From the NCBI GenBank assembly GCA_963832025.1, contig CAWHSF010000003.1, positions 294,606 through 358,605 of the forward strand: a DNA stretch of 64,000 nt, read 5' to 3'. Shown here one piece after another: positions 26,385-35,522 of the stretch. How positions within the stretch are numbered: the first letter of the stretch is position 1; every line of letters begins with the position of its first letter. This DNA comes from Candidatus Nomurabacteria bacterium (GTDB taxonomy: Bacteria; Patescibacteriota; Minisyncoccia; Phycocordibacterales; UBA9973). Position numbers and translations under genes: made by a program. The notes beneath the pieces were generated by a model. The model made no database searches. It was not told the DNA's origin and was given only the letters and a program-made list of their open reading frames with translations.

Positions 26385-26726
26385 ATTTAGCTGCTGCTAC
26401 GACTTTTGCAAATGTTTTTGGATGATGTTCGGCAAAGTCGGAAAGAATTTTTCTGTCCAGCATTATGTTTTTCTTATGTAAACCATCGATTAACTTGGAG
26501 TATGATATTCCGAGTTCTCTGGCACCAGCATTTATTTTAATATTCCAAAGTTTGCGATTATGTGATTTCTTGTCTCTGCGATGCGCGAAAGAATAACTCC
26601 GGCATGCAAGAGCGCGTCTTTTGCCTGACGTTCCTTGGTACTGCGTCCATGGCGCATTCCCTTAGTTTGCTTCAAAACACTTCTCCTTCTTTTTAATGCA
26701 TGTACTCCTTTTTTTACTCTGGTCAT
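26385..26726 (-). CDS. rplT: 50S ribosomal protein L20, reading frame broken by -1 frameshift near 26597 (GGAAG->GGAG)
   Basis: MTRVKKGVHALKRRRSVLKQTKG then frame 3 SYSFAHRRDKKSHNRKLWNIKINAGARELGISYSKLIDGL matches L20 throughout. Confidence 0.85.
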
Positions 26727-26735
26727 AAAATTCGA

Positions 26736-26791
26736 TTCACCTCACCCCTTCGCCCCTCTCCTTGGCAAGGAGAGGGGTTTGGGGAGAGGTT
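26736..26791. repeat. repeat family F copy F3 (inside infC-rpmI-rplT operon, rpmI/rplT spacer)
   Basis: ttcacctcaccccttcgCCCCTCTCCTTGGCAAGGAGAGGGGtttggggagaggtt. Confidence 0.75.
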
Positions 26792-26985
26792 TAGCTAAAT
26801 GGTAATAAATGTGATTTTGGTTTGTTCTTAATAATAAAAGTCTGGCGTTTCTTACCGGCGAGCTCAGTGGTGCGGGATTGTTTTGCGTTGAAATGATTAA
26901 AGCCTGGTTTGCGAGAAAGAACTTTACCATTTTTGGTAAGTTTCAATCTTTTACTGTATGACTTGTTTGTTTTCATTCCTTTCAT
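26791..26985 (-). CDS. rpmI: 50S ribosomal protein L35 (alt start 26976)
   Basis: MKTNKSYSKRLKLTKNGKVLSRKPGFNHF L35 signature. Confidence 0.88.
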   Translation of the reverse strand: MKGMKTNKSYSKRLKLTKNGKVLSRKPGFNHFNAKQSRTTELAGKKRQTFIIKNKPKSHLLPFS

Positions 26986-27020
26986 AAATTTATTTATTAT
27001 TTATAGTGAGCTTTGTCGAA

Positions 27021-27527
27021 CTATTTTGATTTTTCTATTGTTATGGTTAATCCCTTCGGACCTTTTTTATATGTGTCGGATACTTTATATTCTTCGGTAA
27101 TTAAATGCAAGACTCTGTCTAAGCGTTCTCTTAAAAATTTCTCATCCATGTATTTTGCGCGTCCAGCCAAGAAGAGTTCAACTTTAATTCGGTGCCCTTC
27201 CTTGAGCCACTTGGAAGCAGTTTTTGCTTTCAATTCTAAATCATGGTCTCCGGTGCCTATTTTTATTTGGATTGATTTTGTTTCGGTCTTATTGGCGCCA
27301 GCTTTTGCTTTTTTAAGCTTTTTGTTGGCCTCATATTGATACTTGCCGAAATCCATTATCTTGGCTATGGGCGGATTGCCATTTGGAGATATCTCGATTA
27401 AATCCAAACCTCTACTCTCTGCCATCTCTAGAGCATCTTTAATGCTTAAAACCCCAAGATTTTTGTTTTCGCTGTCTAAGACTCGAACTTCTCGCGCCCG
27501 TATTTGGTTGTTTATTCTTTCTCGCAA
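27021..27527 (-). CDS. infC: translation initiation factor IF-3
   Basis: INNQIRAREVRVLDSENKNLGVLSIKDALEMAESRGLDLIEISPN... Confidence 0.93.
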   Translation of the reverse strand: MRERINNQIRAREVRVLDSENKNLGVLSIKDALEMAESRGLDLIEISPNGNPPIAKIMDFGKYQYEANKKLKKAKAGANKTETKSIQIKIGTGDHDLELKAKTASKWLKEGHRIKVELFLAGRAKYMDEKFLRERLDRVLHLITEEYKVSDTYKKGPKGLTITIEKSK

Positions 27528-27638
27528 TTGATATTTTGTCTAAGTAGAAAACCCTTTGACTACAAGATAATAGCGTATTTATGGCATAAAGTCAACTTAA
27601 AATCAATATATAGACAATTAATATGATAATATGTAGAC

Positions 27639-28085
27639 ATGGCTAGTTATGCAGAAAATAGAAAAGCGAGGTTCAATTACGAAATCTTGGAGAAATACGA
27701 AACCGGTATTGAGCTTTTGGGTACGGAAGTAAAGTCGGTCCGGGCGGGGCAAATGTCGCTTGAGGGTGCTTTTGTCATCGTGCGTGGAGGTGAAGCATTT
27801 ATAATCAATGCGAATATTCCTCCATATCAGCCCAAAAATTCTCCAAAAGATTATGACCCGCTTAGAAATCGCAAACTTTTGTTAACTAAAAAAGAAATAG
27901 GGGAACTTGCAGGAAGCGAGAAAAACAAGAGTTTGACAATAGTGCCAATTTCAGTGTATAATAAAAATAGAAAAATCAAGGTAGAAATTGCGCTGGTCAA
28001 AGGCAAGAAAAAATTTGATAAACGCGAAACTATAAAAAAACGCGACACTGATCGCGAGATTAGAAGGGAATTCAAAGAGAGATAG
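27639..28085 (+). CDS. smpB: SsrA-binding protein SmpB
   Basis: NRKARFNYEILEKYETGIELLGTEVKSVR...KKRDTDREIRREF. Confidence 0.93.
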   Translation: MASYAENRKARFNYEILEKYETGIELLGTEVKSVRAGQMSLEGAFVIVRGGEAFIINANIPPYQPKNSPKDYDPLRNRKLLLTKKEIGELAGSEKNKSLTIVPISVYNKNRKIKVEIALVKGKKKFDKRETIKKRDTDREIRREFKER

Positions 28086-28100
28086 AACTTTGAAATTTGC

Positions 28101-28156
28101 GACCTCACCCGCCCTAAAGGGCACCCTCTCCTTGTGAAGGAGAGGGAAAGGAGAAG
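28101..28156. repeat. repeat family F copy F4 (smpB-ssrA spacer)
   Basis: gacctcacccgccctaaagggcaCCCTCTCCTTGTGAAGGAGAGGGaaaggagaag. Confidence 0.75.
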
Positions 28157-28173
28157 CTCCGCTACAATATTTG

Positions 28174-28563
28174 GGGATGCAAGGCATAGACAGTTGGCCT
28201 ATTTGCATTGATGCATACCGAGTATGAACATAATCTCGTAAAAATTTGTTCAACAGCTAATTGCAAAATCAGCTTTTACAGCAATGCTTTCGCCTTACTT
28301 CGGTAATTCGTTAGCTCTTGCTCCAGCTTTCGCGTAAGCCAAGGTTGGTGTCTCTCGTATAGACTTCCGATATATACGTAGAGGCATAATATTATCGGGA
28401 TAGGGAAGAAGACCGCTCTGACTTTTTTCCAAAACAAAAGAGCTCGATTAAAAAATATTTGGCTCGTTTAAGAATTTTTTAATTTAAAACAAAAAGCGAG
28501 CTACGTATGTAGACTTCTCTGCTATAACCTTCTGCACTGGGATTCAATTTCCCACATCTCCAC
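28174..28563 (+). ncRNA. ssrA: tmRNA (transfer-messenger RNA), one-piece
   Basis: Adjacent to smpB; 5' GGGGAUG pairs with 3' CAUCUCC+A (G3:U wobble = Ala identity); T-arm UGGGA-UUCAAUU-UCCCA; PK1 region GAUGCAUACCGAG...CUCGUAAAAA resembles E. coli GGUGCAUGCCGAG...CUCGUAAAAA; candidate tag ORF GCA(28263)...SLALAPAFA-UAA(28337); -10 TACAAT at 28164. Confidence 0.75.
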
Positions 28564-28609
28564 AATTTTTTTATTTTACTACCATTGTTTTTGATGGTAT
28601 TATTTTAAT

Positions 28610-29185
28610 ATGAAAAACGAGGAATGGTTAATTAGAAAGGTAGATAAAGCTCGGGCTCACTTAGTGTTAGACAATAAACCCCAGCAAGATACTACAAATC
28701 AAACTGAAATACAAAAACAGTTAGCTTCTGCTAGAGGTTTGTTAAACCATTTTTTGTACAATAGAACCGCTAACATAAAAAAAGAAAATAGCGGGTTCAC
28801 TATGACTTTTGACAATATGTTGGTCACACTTGGTTTATCACGTCTTCCTTCGGGGGTAGCACAAAACAAAATGGATGAAATAGTTTTATCTTTGCCTGGT
28901 ATCTCTAAAACAGAAACAGGATATACAGTTTCGAACGTAGATTTATTTTATGAAAATTTTGGACCTGGCGGTATAATAAAAAAAGTTACAGAACTTTTAT
29001 CAAAAAATCCAGAGAACCCCTTATCGATTAAAGAAATAGCAAATGAATTATCGGTAACTGTACAGTCTGCGGGTACTGCTACTAATGGCCTAGTCTCGAG
29101 TGGAAAGGTTGTTGTAGCTTCGGGGCAAGAAAATATCTGGAGTAGAGGAAGAAATAAGCGATATAAAATTATAGACAATAAATAA
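28610..29185 (+). CDS. hypothetical 191-aa protein
   Basis: ORF with normal composition; no motif recognised. Confidence 0.5.
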   Translation: MKNEEWLIRKVDKARAHLVLDNKPQQDTTNQTEIQKQLASARGLLNHFLYNRTANIKKENSGFTMTFDNMLVTLGLSRLPSGVAQNKMDEIVLSLPGISKTETGYTVSNVDLFYENFGPGGIIKKVTELLSKNPENPLSIKEIANELSVTVQSAGTATNGLVSSGKVVVASGQENIWSRGRNKRYKIIDNK

Positions 29186-29232
29186 ATCATTTTCCATTTC
29201 ACTTTTCTCATTTTTTGTGCTAAAGTAGCCAG

Positions 29233-31164
29233 ATGGATTTTAATTTCCTAAATCAAAAAGATCCGCAAGATAAAAGCAAAAAGAAGAAAAAACCGACGAA
29301 GTGGGGAGGCAGTTTGGCTGGAGCAATCCTTTTCTTTTTGGCTATTACCGGACTATATTTAATTGTTTCCGGAAGCGGAAAAACAGTTCCACAAGTTTCT
29401 ATTTCTGACCTCGCCAACAGCGTCATCGCTGGAAATGTGAAAACGATTGTGGTGCAGGGAGATGATTTGACTATCACTTATCAAAACGGTGATGTGAAAG
29501 ATTCTAAAAAAGAAGTTGGTTCACCACTTTCGGAAACTCTTTTTGATTACGGTGTACCTGCGACCGCTATCGCCAAGACTGATATTGAGATACAAGATCA
29601 GACAGGATTTATGTACTGGTTGTTAAATTTCTCTCCTTTGATTTTGTCCCTGCTATTTATTTTACTTTTCTTCTGGTATATCTCCAGGCAAGTCAAAGGC
29701 GCCGGCATGCAGGCATTTTCTTTCGGACAATCCAAGGCGCGAATCACCGATCCGAATGATAAAAATAATCGAGTAACATTCAAAGACGTTGCCGGATGCA
29801 AAGAAGCGAAGGAAGAATTGAAAGAGATTGTTGATTTTCTGAAAAGTCCGAAAAAGTTTTTGGACATCGGAGCGAGAATTCCGAAAGGAGTCATTCTAAC
29901 TGGTGCTCCCGGCACAGGAAAAACTTTACTGGCTCGCGCGGTGGCTGGAGAAGCAGGCGTACCATTTTTTCATCTCTCCGGAAGTGAATTTGTGGAAATG
30001 TTTGTCGGCGTCGGAGCTTCACGCGTACGTGATCTTTTCAAGATGGCTAAGCGCGCGGCGCCAGCAATTATCTTCGTGGATGAGATAGATGCGATCGGAC
30101 GCACTCGCGGAGGGGGATTTGGCGGAGGCAATGACGAACGCGAACAAACCTTAAACCAGATTTTAGTGGAAATGGACGGCTTTGAACCAAACGATAAGGT
30201 CATCGTCATGGCGGCGACAAACAGGCCGGATGTTTTGGACCCAGCCCTTGTTCGACCAGGCCGTTTTGACCGAAAAGTGATTCTAGATTTGCCAGACCGC
30301 GCAGACCGCGAAGAAATATTGAAAATTCATGCTCTAAAGAAACCTTTGGCTGAAGATATAAACTTAAAACTCATCGCCGAACGAACTCCCGGTTTCTCCG
30401 GAGCTGACTTATACTCACTCATGAATGAGGGTGCAATTTTGGCAGCCAGAGAAAATCGAAAAAAAGTTTTCCAGTTTGACTTAATTCGCGCGATTGAAAA
30501 AGTGATGCTTGGCCCTGAACGTAAAAGTCATTTGCTTTCTAAAAAAGAAAAAGAAATCACTGCGTATCATGAAGCCGGACATGCCATCGTGGCTTCTGTG
30601 CTTCCGCATGCCGACCCGGTGCACAAAGTTTCTATCATCGCGCGTGGTAATGCCGGAGGATACACTCTCAAACTTCCGCTCGAAGAAAGACGTTTGCAAT
30701 CCAAAAAAGAATTTATTGATGACATCGCCATGTCCCTCGGCGGTTATGTGGCAGAGCAAATGATTTTCGGAGATGTGACGACTGGTCCATCAAGTGACCT
30801 GCAAGTTTCTACGGGCTTGGCACGCGCGATGGTGACGAGATGGGGCATGTCTGATTTGATTGGACCAATTGCATTGGTTGATGGTGGTGGCAGACCGCAG
30901 TTTGGCGAGGTTGTGGAAAAAGAATTTTCGGAAACTGTTTCTACAAAAATTGATGCAGAAGTTTCCAGAATTATCAACGACGGACTCAAGACCGCTGAAA
31001 AAGTTTTGACCGAACACAAAAAAGCATTTACCGCCATCGCTCACAAGTTGATTGAAGTGGAAACTCTCGAACAAGAAGATTATGAAAAAATTCTTGTCGC
31101 GCACGGAATACTTTTAAAGAAAAAAGAAATTGTTGCACCGATAGAAGAAAATATTAGTTCTTAA
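29233..31164 (+). CDS. ftsH: ATP-dependent zinc metalloprotease FtsH
   Basis: [23 protein letters not shown] Walker [33 protein letters not shown] zinc motif. Confidence 0.95.
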   Translation: MDFNFLNQKDPQDKSKKKKKPTKWGGSLAGAILFFLAITGLYLIVSGSGKTVPQVSISDLANSVIAGNVKTIVVQGDDLTITYQNGDVKDSKKEVGSPLSETLFDYGVPATAIAKTDIEIQDQTGFMYWLLNFSPLILSLLFILLFFWYISRQVKGAGMQAFSFGQSKARITDPNDKNNRVTFKDVAGCKEAKEELKEIVDFLKSPKKFLDIGARIPKGVILTGAPGTGKTLLARAVAGEAGVPFFHLSGSEFVEMFVGVGASRVRDLFKMAKRAAPAIIFVDEIDAIGRTRGGGFGGGNDEREQTLNQILVEMDGFEPNDKVIVMAATNRPDVLDPALVRPGRFDRKVILDLPDRADREEILKIHALKKPLAEDINLKLIAERTPGFSGADLYSLMNEGAILAARENRKKVFQFDLIRAIEKVMLGPERKSHLLSKKEKEITAYHEAGHAIVASVLPHADPVHKVSIIARGNAGGYTLKLPLEERRLQSKKEFIDDIAMSLGGYVAEQMIFGDVTTGPSSDLQVSTGLARAMVTRWGMSDLIGPIALVDGGGRPQFGEVVEKEFSETVSTKIDAEVSRIINDGLKTAEKVLTEHKKAFTAIAHKLIEVETLEQEDYEKILVAHGILLKKKEIVAPIEENISS

Positions 31165-31178
31165 TAGATAGCACACAT

Positions 31179-31252
31179 CCGTCCTTAGCTCAGCTGGTTA
31201 GAGCACAGAGCTTATACCTCTGGGGTCCTTGGTTCGAATCCAAGAGGACGGA
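31179..31252 (+). tRNA. tRNA with anticodon UAU (Ile2-type AUA decoder), C1:G72 acceptor end
   Basis: Cloverleaf: acceptor CCGUCCU/AGGACGG, D GCUC/GAGC, anticodon stem CAGAG/CUCUG loop CUUAUAC, T CUUGG-UUCGAAU-CCAAG. Confidence 0.75.
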
Positions 31253-31267
31253 CAAGCAAATAAATTT

Positions 31268-31648
31268 ATGGAAAAAGGAAGTATACAAAAAGGATTAAGT
31301 AAAAATGCGATCGAAGCCCTTCGAAACAAGAAGCTTTTATTGAATGCTGTTCCCGCAATGCAGTTTGAAGACAGGACGCAGTATTTTATGCAATTAAACC
31401 CAAACTTTCAAGCGAAAATTATTTCTTACGCTAATACAAACAAAGAAAATCCGGAAATCATAAAACTTTTATGTGAACTAATTGATAAAAGCTTTGATTT
31501 AGATAAATATATGAACGTAGCTTCGGATTTAAAACACTATCCAGAAGAAAGAAATACTTTAGAAAATTTTGATGCAGATACCTACGCATCTGGCGCTGCT
31601 ACTGCAATACTTGAATCACTCGGAGAAAAAGATCCCGACAAAAAATAG
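31268..31648 (+). CDS. hypothetical 126-aa protein (start after tRNA)
   Basis: ORF 31229 start overlaps tRNA; internal ATG 31268 used. Confidence 0.45.
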   Translation: MEKGSIQKGLSKNAIEALRNKKLLLNAVPAMQFEDRTQYFMQLNPNFQAKIISYANTNKENPEIIKLLCELIDKSFDLDKYMNVASDLKHYPEERNTLENFDADTYASGAATAILESLGEKDPDKK

Positions 31649-31901
31649 AGTATTTTTACTGAAAATTCACAAAGAAACAATAAAATTATTTTGTCAATAG
31701 ATAATTTTTTTAAAAAATCTGGAAAGTGGGAAAAATTTTTCTAAAAAAAGACTTATTTTCAAACTCAAAAATGAACAAGGGTTAAAAGTGTCTTGTTTTT
31801 ATTTTTTTCTATTGCTTAAAAACTTTTTTCAGTGGAATTTCGTAAAAAAGCAAGTTATCCACTTTACACAAATGGCCTGTTTTCGTGTATAATGACTGTC
31901 C

Positions 31902-32468
31902 ATGCAAACGACCCCCAAAAATTATCTTAAATTTTTTCTAACACTTCTTTTGTGTTTACTCGTTAGACTTATTCCGTTTCGCGCACCGAATGTGGAGCCG
32001 ATAATGGCCACGACGATGCCGATTGGTCGTGCTTACGGAGCGTTTATGGGTTTCTCTTTTGCTGTTCTTTCTATTTTACTTTTTGATGTTGTTACTCATA
32101 CTCTCGGAGTGCAAACATTTTTTACCGCGGGAGCTTATGGAGTGGTTGGTCTATGTTCTTTTTATTATTTTTCCGCCAAAGACAGCATTACTTCCGAAAA
32201 AAAGAACAGCATGTGGGGTTATGTGCGCTTTGCATTCGTCGGAACTTTGTTTTATGACGCAGTCACCGGGCTCACGGTCGGCCCACTTTTCTTTCACCAA
32301 TCTTTTTTGGCATCTTTGATTGGACAAATTCCATTCACCGCACTGCATCTCTTAGGAAATGTCACTCTCGCTTTTATTTTATCTCCCGCCATATACAAGT
32401 ATTTGATTAAGAAAAAAGAAAAACCAAAAGAAAGCAGCGTAAACATTTTTAATCCTAAAACAATTTAA
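31902..32468 (+). CDS. 6-TM membrane protein, ECF-transporter S-component-like; candidate corrinoid uptake protein by context
   Basis: 188 aa, six hydrophobic helices, immediately upstream of AdoCbl-dependent RNR; TTTACA-17-TGTATAAT promoter at ~31866-31895. Confidence 0.4.
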   Translation: MQTTPKNYLKFFLTLLLCLLVRLIPFRAPNVEPIMATTMPIGRAYGAFMGFSFAVLSILLFDVVTHTLGVQTFFTAGAYGVVGLCSFYYFSAKDSITSEKKNSMWGYVRFAFVGTLFYDAVTGLTVGPLFFHQSFLASLIGQIPFTALHLLGNVTLAFILSPAIYKYLIKKKEKPKESSVNIFNPKTI

Positions 32469-32473
32469 ATCAA

Positions 32474-34780
32474 ATGCAAACAAAAATAAAAAAAGAAAAG
32501 AAAATTTTAAAAAGTGAGTTGAAAAAAATAAAAGCAATCCGACGACGCACCGGCGAAGTTGTGCCTTTTGATTTGGATAGAATTGCGCGAGCAACTTTTA
32601 AAGCATTTGAAGTTACCGGTGAAGGTGGAGAGCTGGAGTCAAGCATGATTTCTTACAGTGTCTTCAAAAACCTTCTCGATCTTCAATCCAAATTAGAGAG
32701 CACAACCAAAGGAGCAAAATTTTTACCGACAGTGGAATTGGTGCAAGACCTCGTAGAAAAAGAATTGATGACCAAGAGTTTTACCGAGACTGCAAAAAAA
32801 TATATTCTCTACAGAAATAAACGTTCAGAATTGAGAAAAGCTTTTGGTCCGGTTTCAGAAGTTGTAAGGAAGGCAGTGGAAGAATCAAGTAAATATTTTT
32901 CTAGTCCCTACTCGGAATATATTTTCTATCAGTTTTATTCTCGCTGGGTTCCAGAGTTGGGTCGCCGTGAAACTTGGGTAGAAACAGTTGACCGCTACAT
33001 GGCTTACATGAAAGAAAACTTGGGAGAAAAATTATCTGCCAAAGAATATTCCGATGTGCGCGAAGCAATTTTGAGTCAAGATATTTGTCCTTCCATGCGC
33101 TTATTGTGGTCTTCGGGAAAAGCTTGCCGTCAGTCTAATGTCTGGGCATACAACTGTTCTTATATCGCTCCAACCTGTACGCAAGACTTGGGAGAGATTA
33201 TGTATATCTCCATGTGCGGAGCAGGGCTCGGTTTTGCCGTCGAATGGGAAAATGTGCAACAATTTCCACAAATTAAGAAACAAAACAAAGAAAAGTTGGG
33301 TACTCATGTAGTGGTAGACAGCAAAGAAGGCTGGGCGGATGCTTTTGTTCTCGGTTTGGACGCTTGGTTTGGAGGCAAAGATGTAAAATTTGATTATTCT
33401 ATGATTAGGCCAGCTGGGGCGAGATTGGAAACGGCTGGTGGAAAAGCATCCGGCCCTCAACCACTTATTGATTTGATGGATTTTGCCAGAAGAAAAATTT
33501 TATCAAAACAAGGACGCCGTTTATCAAATATAGACATGCACGACATCATTTGCCAGATAGGTTTGATCGTTGTAGCTGGAGGCGTCAGGCGTAGCGCCCT
33601 CATTTCTCTTTCCGAATTGGAAGACACAGATATGCGAGATGCTAAGAAAGGTCAATTCTATCTGACAGAAGGGCAGAGAAGCATGGCAAATAATTCAGCT
33701 GTGTATAATTATAAACCGACCGCAGAGGAATTTTTAAATGAATGGACTTCTTTAGTTAAATCTAAATCAGGAGAACGCGGAATTTTTAATCGAGGAGGCT
33801 TGGAAAAACAGTTGCCGGCTCGTAGATGGGCAGCAATCAAAGATGAAAAGCAAATCGGCTTAAATCCTTGTGGAGAAATTTATCTACGCTCAAAACAATT
33901 TTGTAATTTGACCAGCATCGTCATTCGCCCAAAGGACACTCTCGTAACACTCAAAAGAAAAATGGAGTTGGCTACACTCGTGGGCACCTATCAATCTACT
34001 TTGACCAACTTTGGTTATCTCTCCAAGAAATGGAAAGAAAATTGTGAGGCCGAAAGATTGCTTGGCGTATCCTTGACTGGTTATTATGACAACCCTCTCG
34101 TCAGAGATGACAAAGTTTTAGATACTCTTCGATTGGATTCTATTGAGACAAACAAAAAATATGCAAAACGTTTCGGAATTAATCAATCAACTGCCATCAC
34201 TTGCGTGAAGCCTCATGGAAATTCCGGTCAGCTTCTCGGCGTGGGTTCGGGTATGCATCCTTGGTTTGCTCAGTATTTTATTCGTCGTGTAAGAATTTCT
34301 CATACCGATACATTATTACAGATGGCTCGCGATCAAGGAGTTCCTTGTTTGCCGGAAATTGGTCAATCTGCCAACTCAGCTACCACTTATGTGTTGGAAT
34401 TTCCAGTGAAAGCGCCAGAAGGAGCAATTTTCAAAGACGAAGTGTCTGCCTTGGATTTGCTGAAAGAATGGAAGAGACTTAAAGAACATTTTGTAGAACA
34501 CAATCCATCGGCTACTATTTATGTCGGTCCGGAAGAGTGGTTGGCTGTCGGAAACTTTGTTTATGAAAACTGGGATTGGATTGGCGGACTTTCTTTTTTG
34601 CCTCGTTCTGACCATGTTTATCAATTGGCCCCATATGAAGCTATTACCAAAGAAGAATACGAGAGACGCTCCAAGGCTATTGGTAAGATTGATTTTTCCA
34701 AGCTTTCTCAATACGAAGCCACCGACAACACCGTCGGCGCCAAAGAACTCGCTTGTGTTTCCGGTGTCTGCGAAATATAG
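32474..34780 (+). CDS. nrdJ: class II (adenosylcobalamin-dependent) ribonucleotide reductase
   Basis: 768 aa; ATP-cone-like N-term; active-site NPCGEIYL, CNLTSIV motifs. Confidence 0.88.
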   Translation: MQTKIKKEKKILKSELKKIKAIRRRTGEVVPFDLDRIARATFKAFEVTGEGGELESSMISYSVFKNLLDLQSKLESTTKGAKFLPTVELVQDLVEKELMTKSFTETAKKYILYRNKRSELRKAFGPVSEVVRKAVEESSKYFSSPYSEYIFYQFYSRWVPELGRRETWVETVDRYMAYMKENLGEKLSAKEYSDVREAILSQDICPSMRLLWSSGKACRQSNVWAYNCSYIAPTCTQDLGEIMYISMCGAGLGFAVEWENVQQFPQIKKQNKEKLGTHVVVDSKEGWADAFVLGLDAWFGGKDVKFDYSMIRPAGARLETAGGKASGPQPLIDLMDFARRKILSKQGRRLSNIDMHDIICQIGLIVVAGGVRRSALISLSELEDTDMRDAKKGQFYLTEGQRSMANNSAVYNYKPTAEEFLNEWTSLVKSKSGERGIFNRGGLEKQLPARRWAAIKDEKQIGLNPCGEIYLRSKQFCNLTSIVIRPKDTLVTLKRKMELATLVGTYQSTLTNFGYLSKKWKENCEAERLLGVSLTGYYDNPLVRDDKVLDTLRLDSIETNKKYAKRFGINQSTAITCVKPHGNSGQLLGVGSGMHPWFAQYFIRRVRISHTDTLLQMARDQGVPCLPEIGQSANSATTYVLEFPVKAPEGAIFKDEVSALDLLKEWKRLKEHFVEHNPSATIYVGPEEWLAVGNFVYENWDWIGGLSFLPRSDHVYQLAPYEAITKEEYERRSKAIGKIDFSKLSQYEATDNTVGAKELACVSGVCEI

Positions 34781-34951
34781 ATTAAAATTCGTTGAAAATT
34801 CGTCGAAGGTGTAGTTTTTATGAAACTTTGCGCAGGTCATTCGACTCTGAGAGTCTCAGACTCGATGAGCGGGTAGCCGAGCAAAGCAAAAATTCAGCAG
34901 AATTTTATGTGTGTTGAGTAAAAACTATACCGAGAAAGAATTTTAAAACTT

Positions 34952-35509
34952 ATGCTTTACACGAGAAAAGGAGATGGTGGTACGACAAAGACATTTGGAT
35001 GCGATCAGCGTATCTCCAAGAGCTCTTCAGTTGCCGAAGCATTGGGCTCACTTGATGAAACAAATTCTTTTCTTGGCTTAGTTCGCGCCAAAACTAAAGG
35101 CATGATTTTTAAAACCGCCATAGGTGAAAATAATTTTTCCGAGATTATCTTAGAAATCCAGCAAAATTTATTTATTGTTCAAGCCGAAGTCGCTGGCTCT
35201 GCTTTAAATATTACCCCTGATAAAATAACTAGAGCCGAAAGTATTGTGGATGAGATAGAAAAAGTTTTACCACCAATAAAAAGTTTCTTCATCAGCGGGG
35301 CGACAGAAGTCGGTGCATTGTTTGATGTCGCGCGTACACTTTCACGCCGGGCGGAGAGGCGAGTGGTAGCGGTAAAAGAAGAAGGCAGAGTGAATATGAA
35401 CGAACACACGATGAAATACTTAAATCGTCTTTCCAGTTTGCTTTACGCACTTGCCAGAGTTTCTAGTCATATTGAAGGTGCAGAAGAAATAAAACCCAAT
35501 TATAAATAA
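34952..35509 (+). CDS. ATP:cob(I)alamin adenosyltransferase, PduO type
   Basis: MLYTRKGDGGTT...DETNSFLGLVRA PduO/MMAB N-terminal signature. Confidence 0.82.
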   Translation: MLYTRKGDGGTTKTFGCDQRISKSSSVAEALGSLDETNSFLGLVRAKTKGMIFKTAIGENNFSEIILEIQQNLFIVQAEVAGSALNITPDKITRAESIVDEIEKVLPPIKSFFISGATEVGALFDVARTLSRRAERRVVAVKEEGRVNMNEHTMKYLNRLSSLLYALARVSSHIEGAEEIKPNYK

Positions 35510-35522
35510 AGAATAAATAGTT

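Noticed and set aside
26281-26481. 66-aa plus-strand ORF
   Set aside because: It overlaps the C-terminal, frame-shifted half of rplT on the opposite strand.
31650-31900. Possible cobalamin riboswitch upstream of the ECF-S-like/nrdJ genes
   Set aside because: The region is ~20% GC and has no B12-box (GCCACTG-like) or recognisable riboswitch core. Only a promoter is called.
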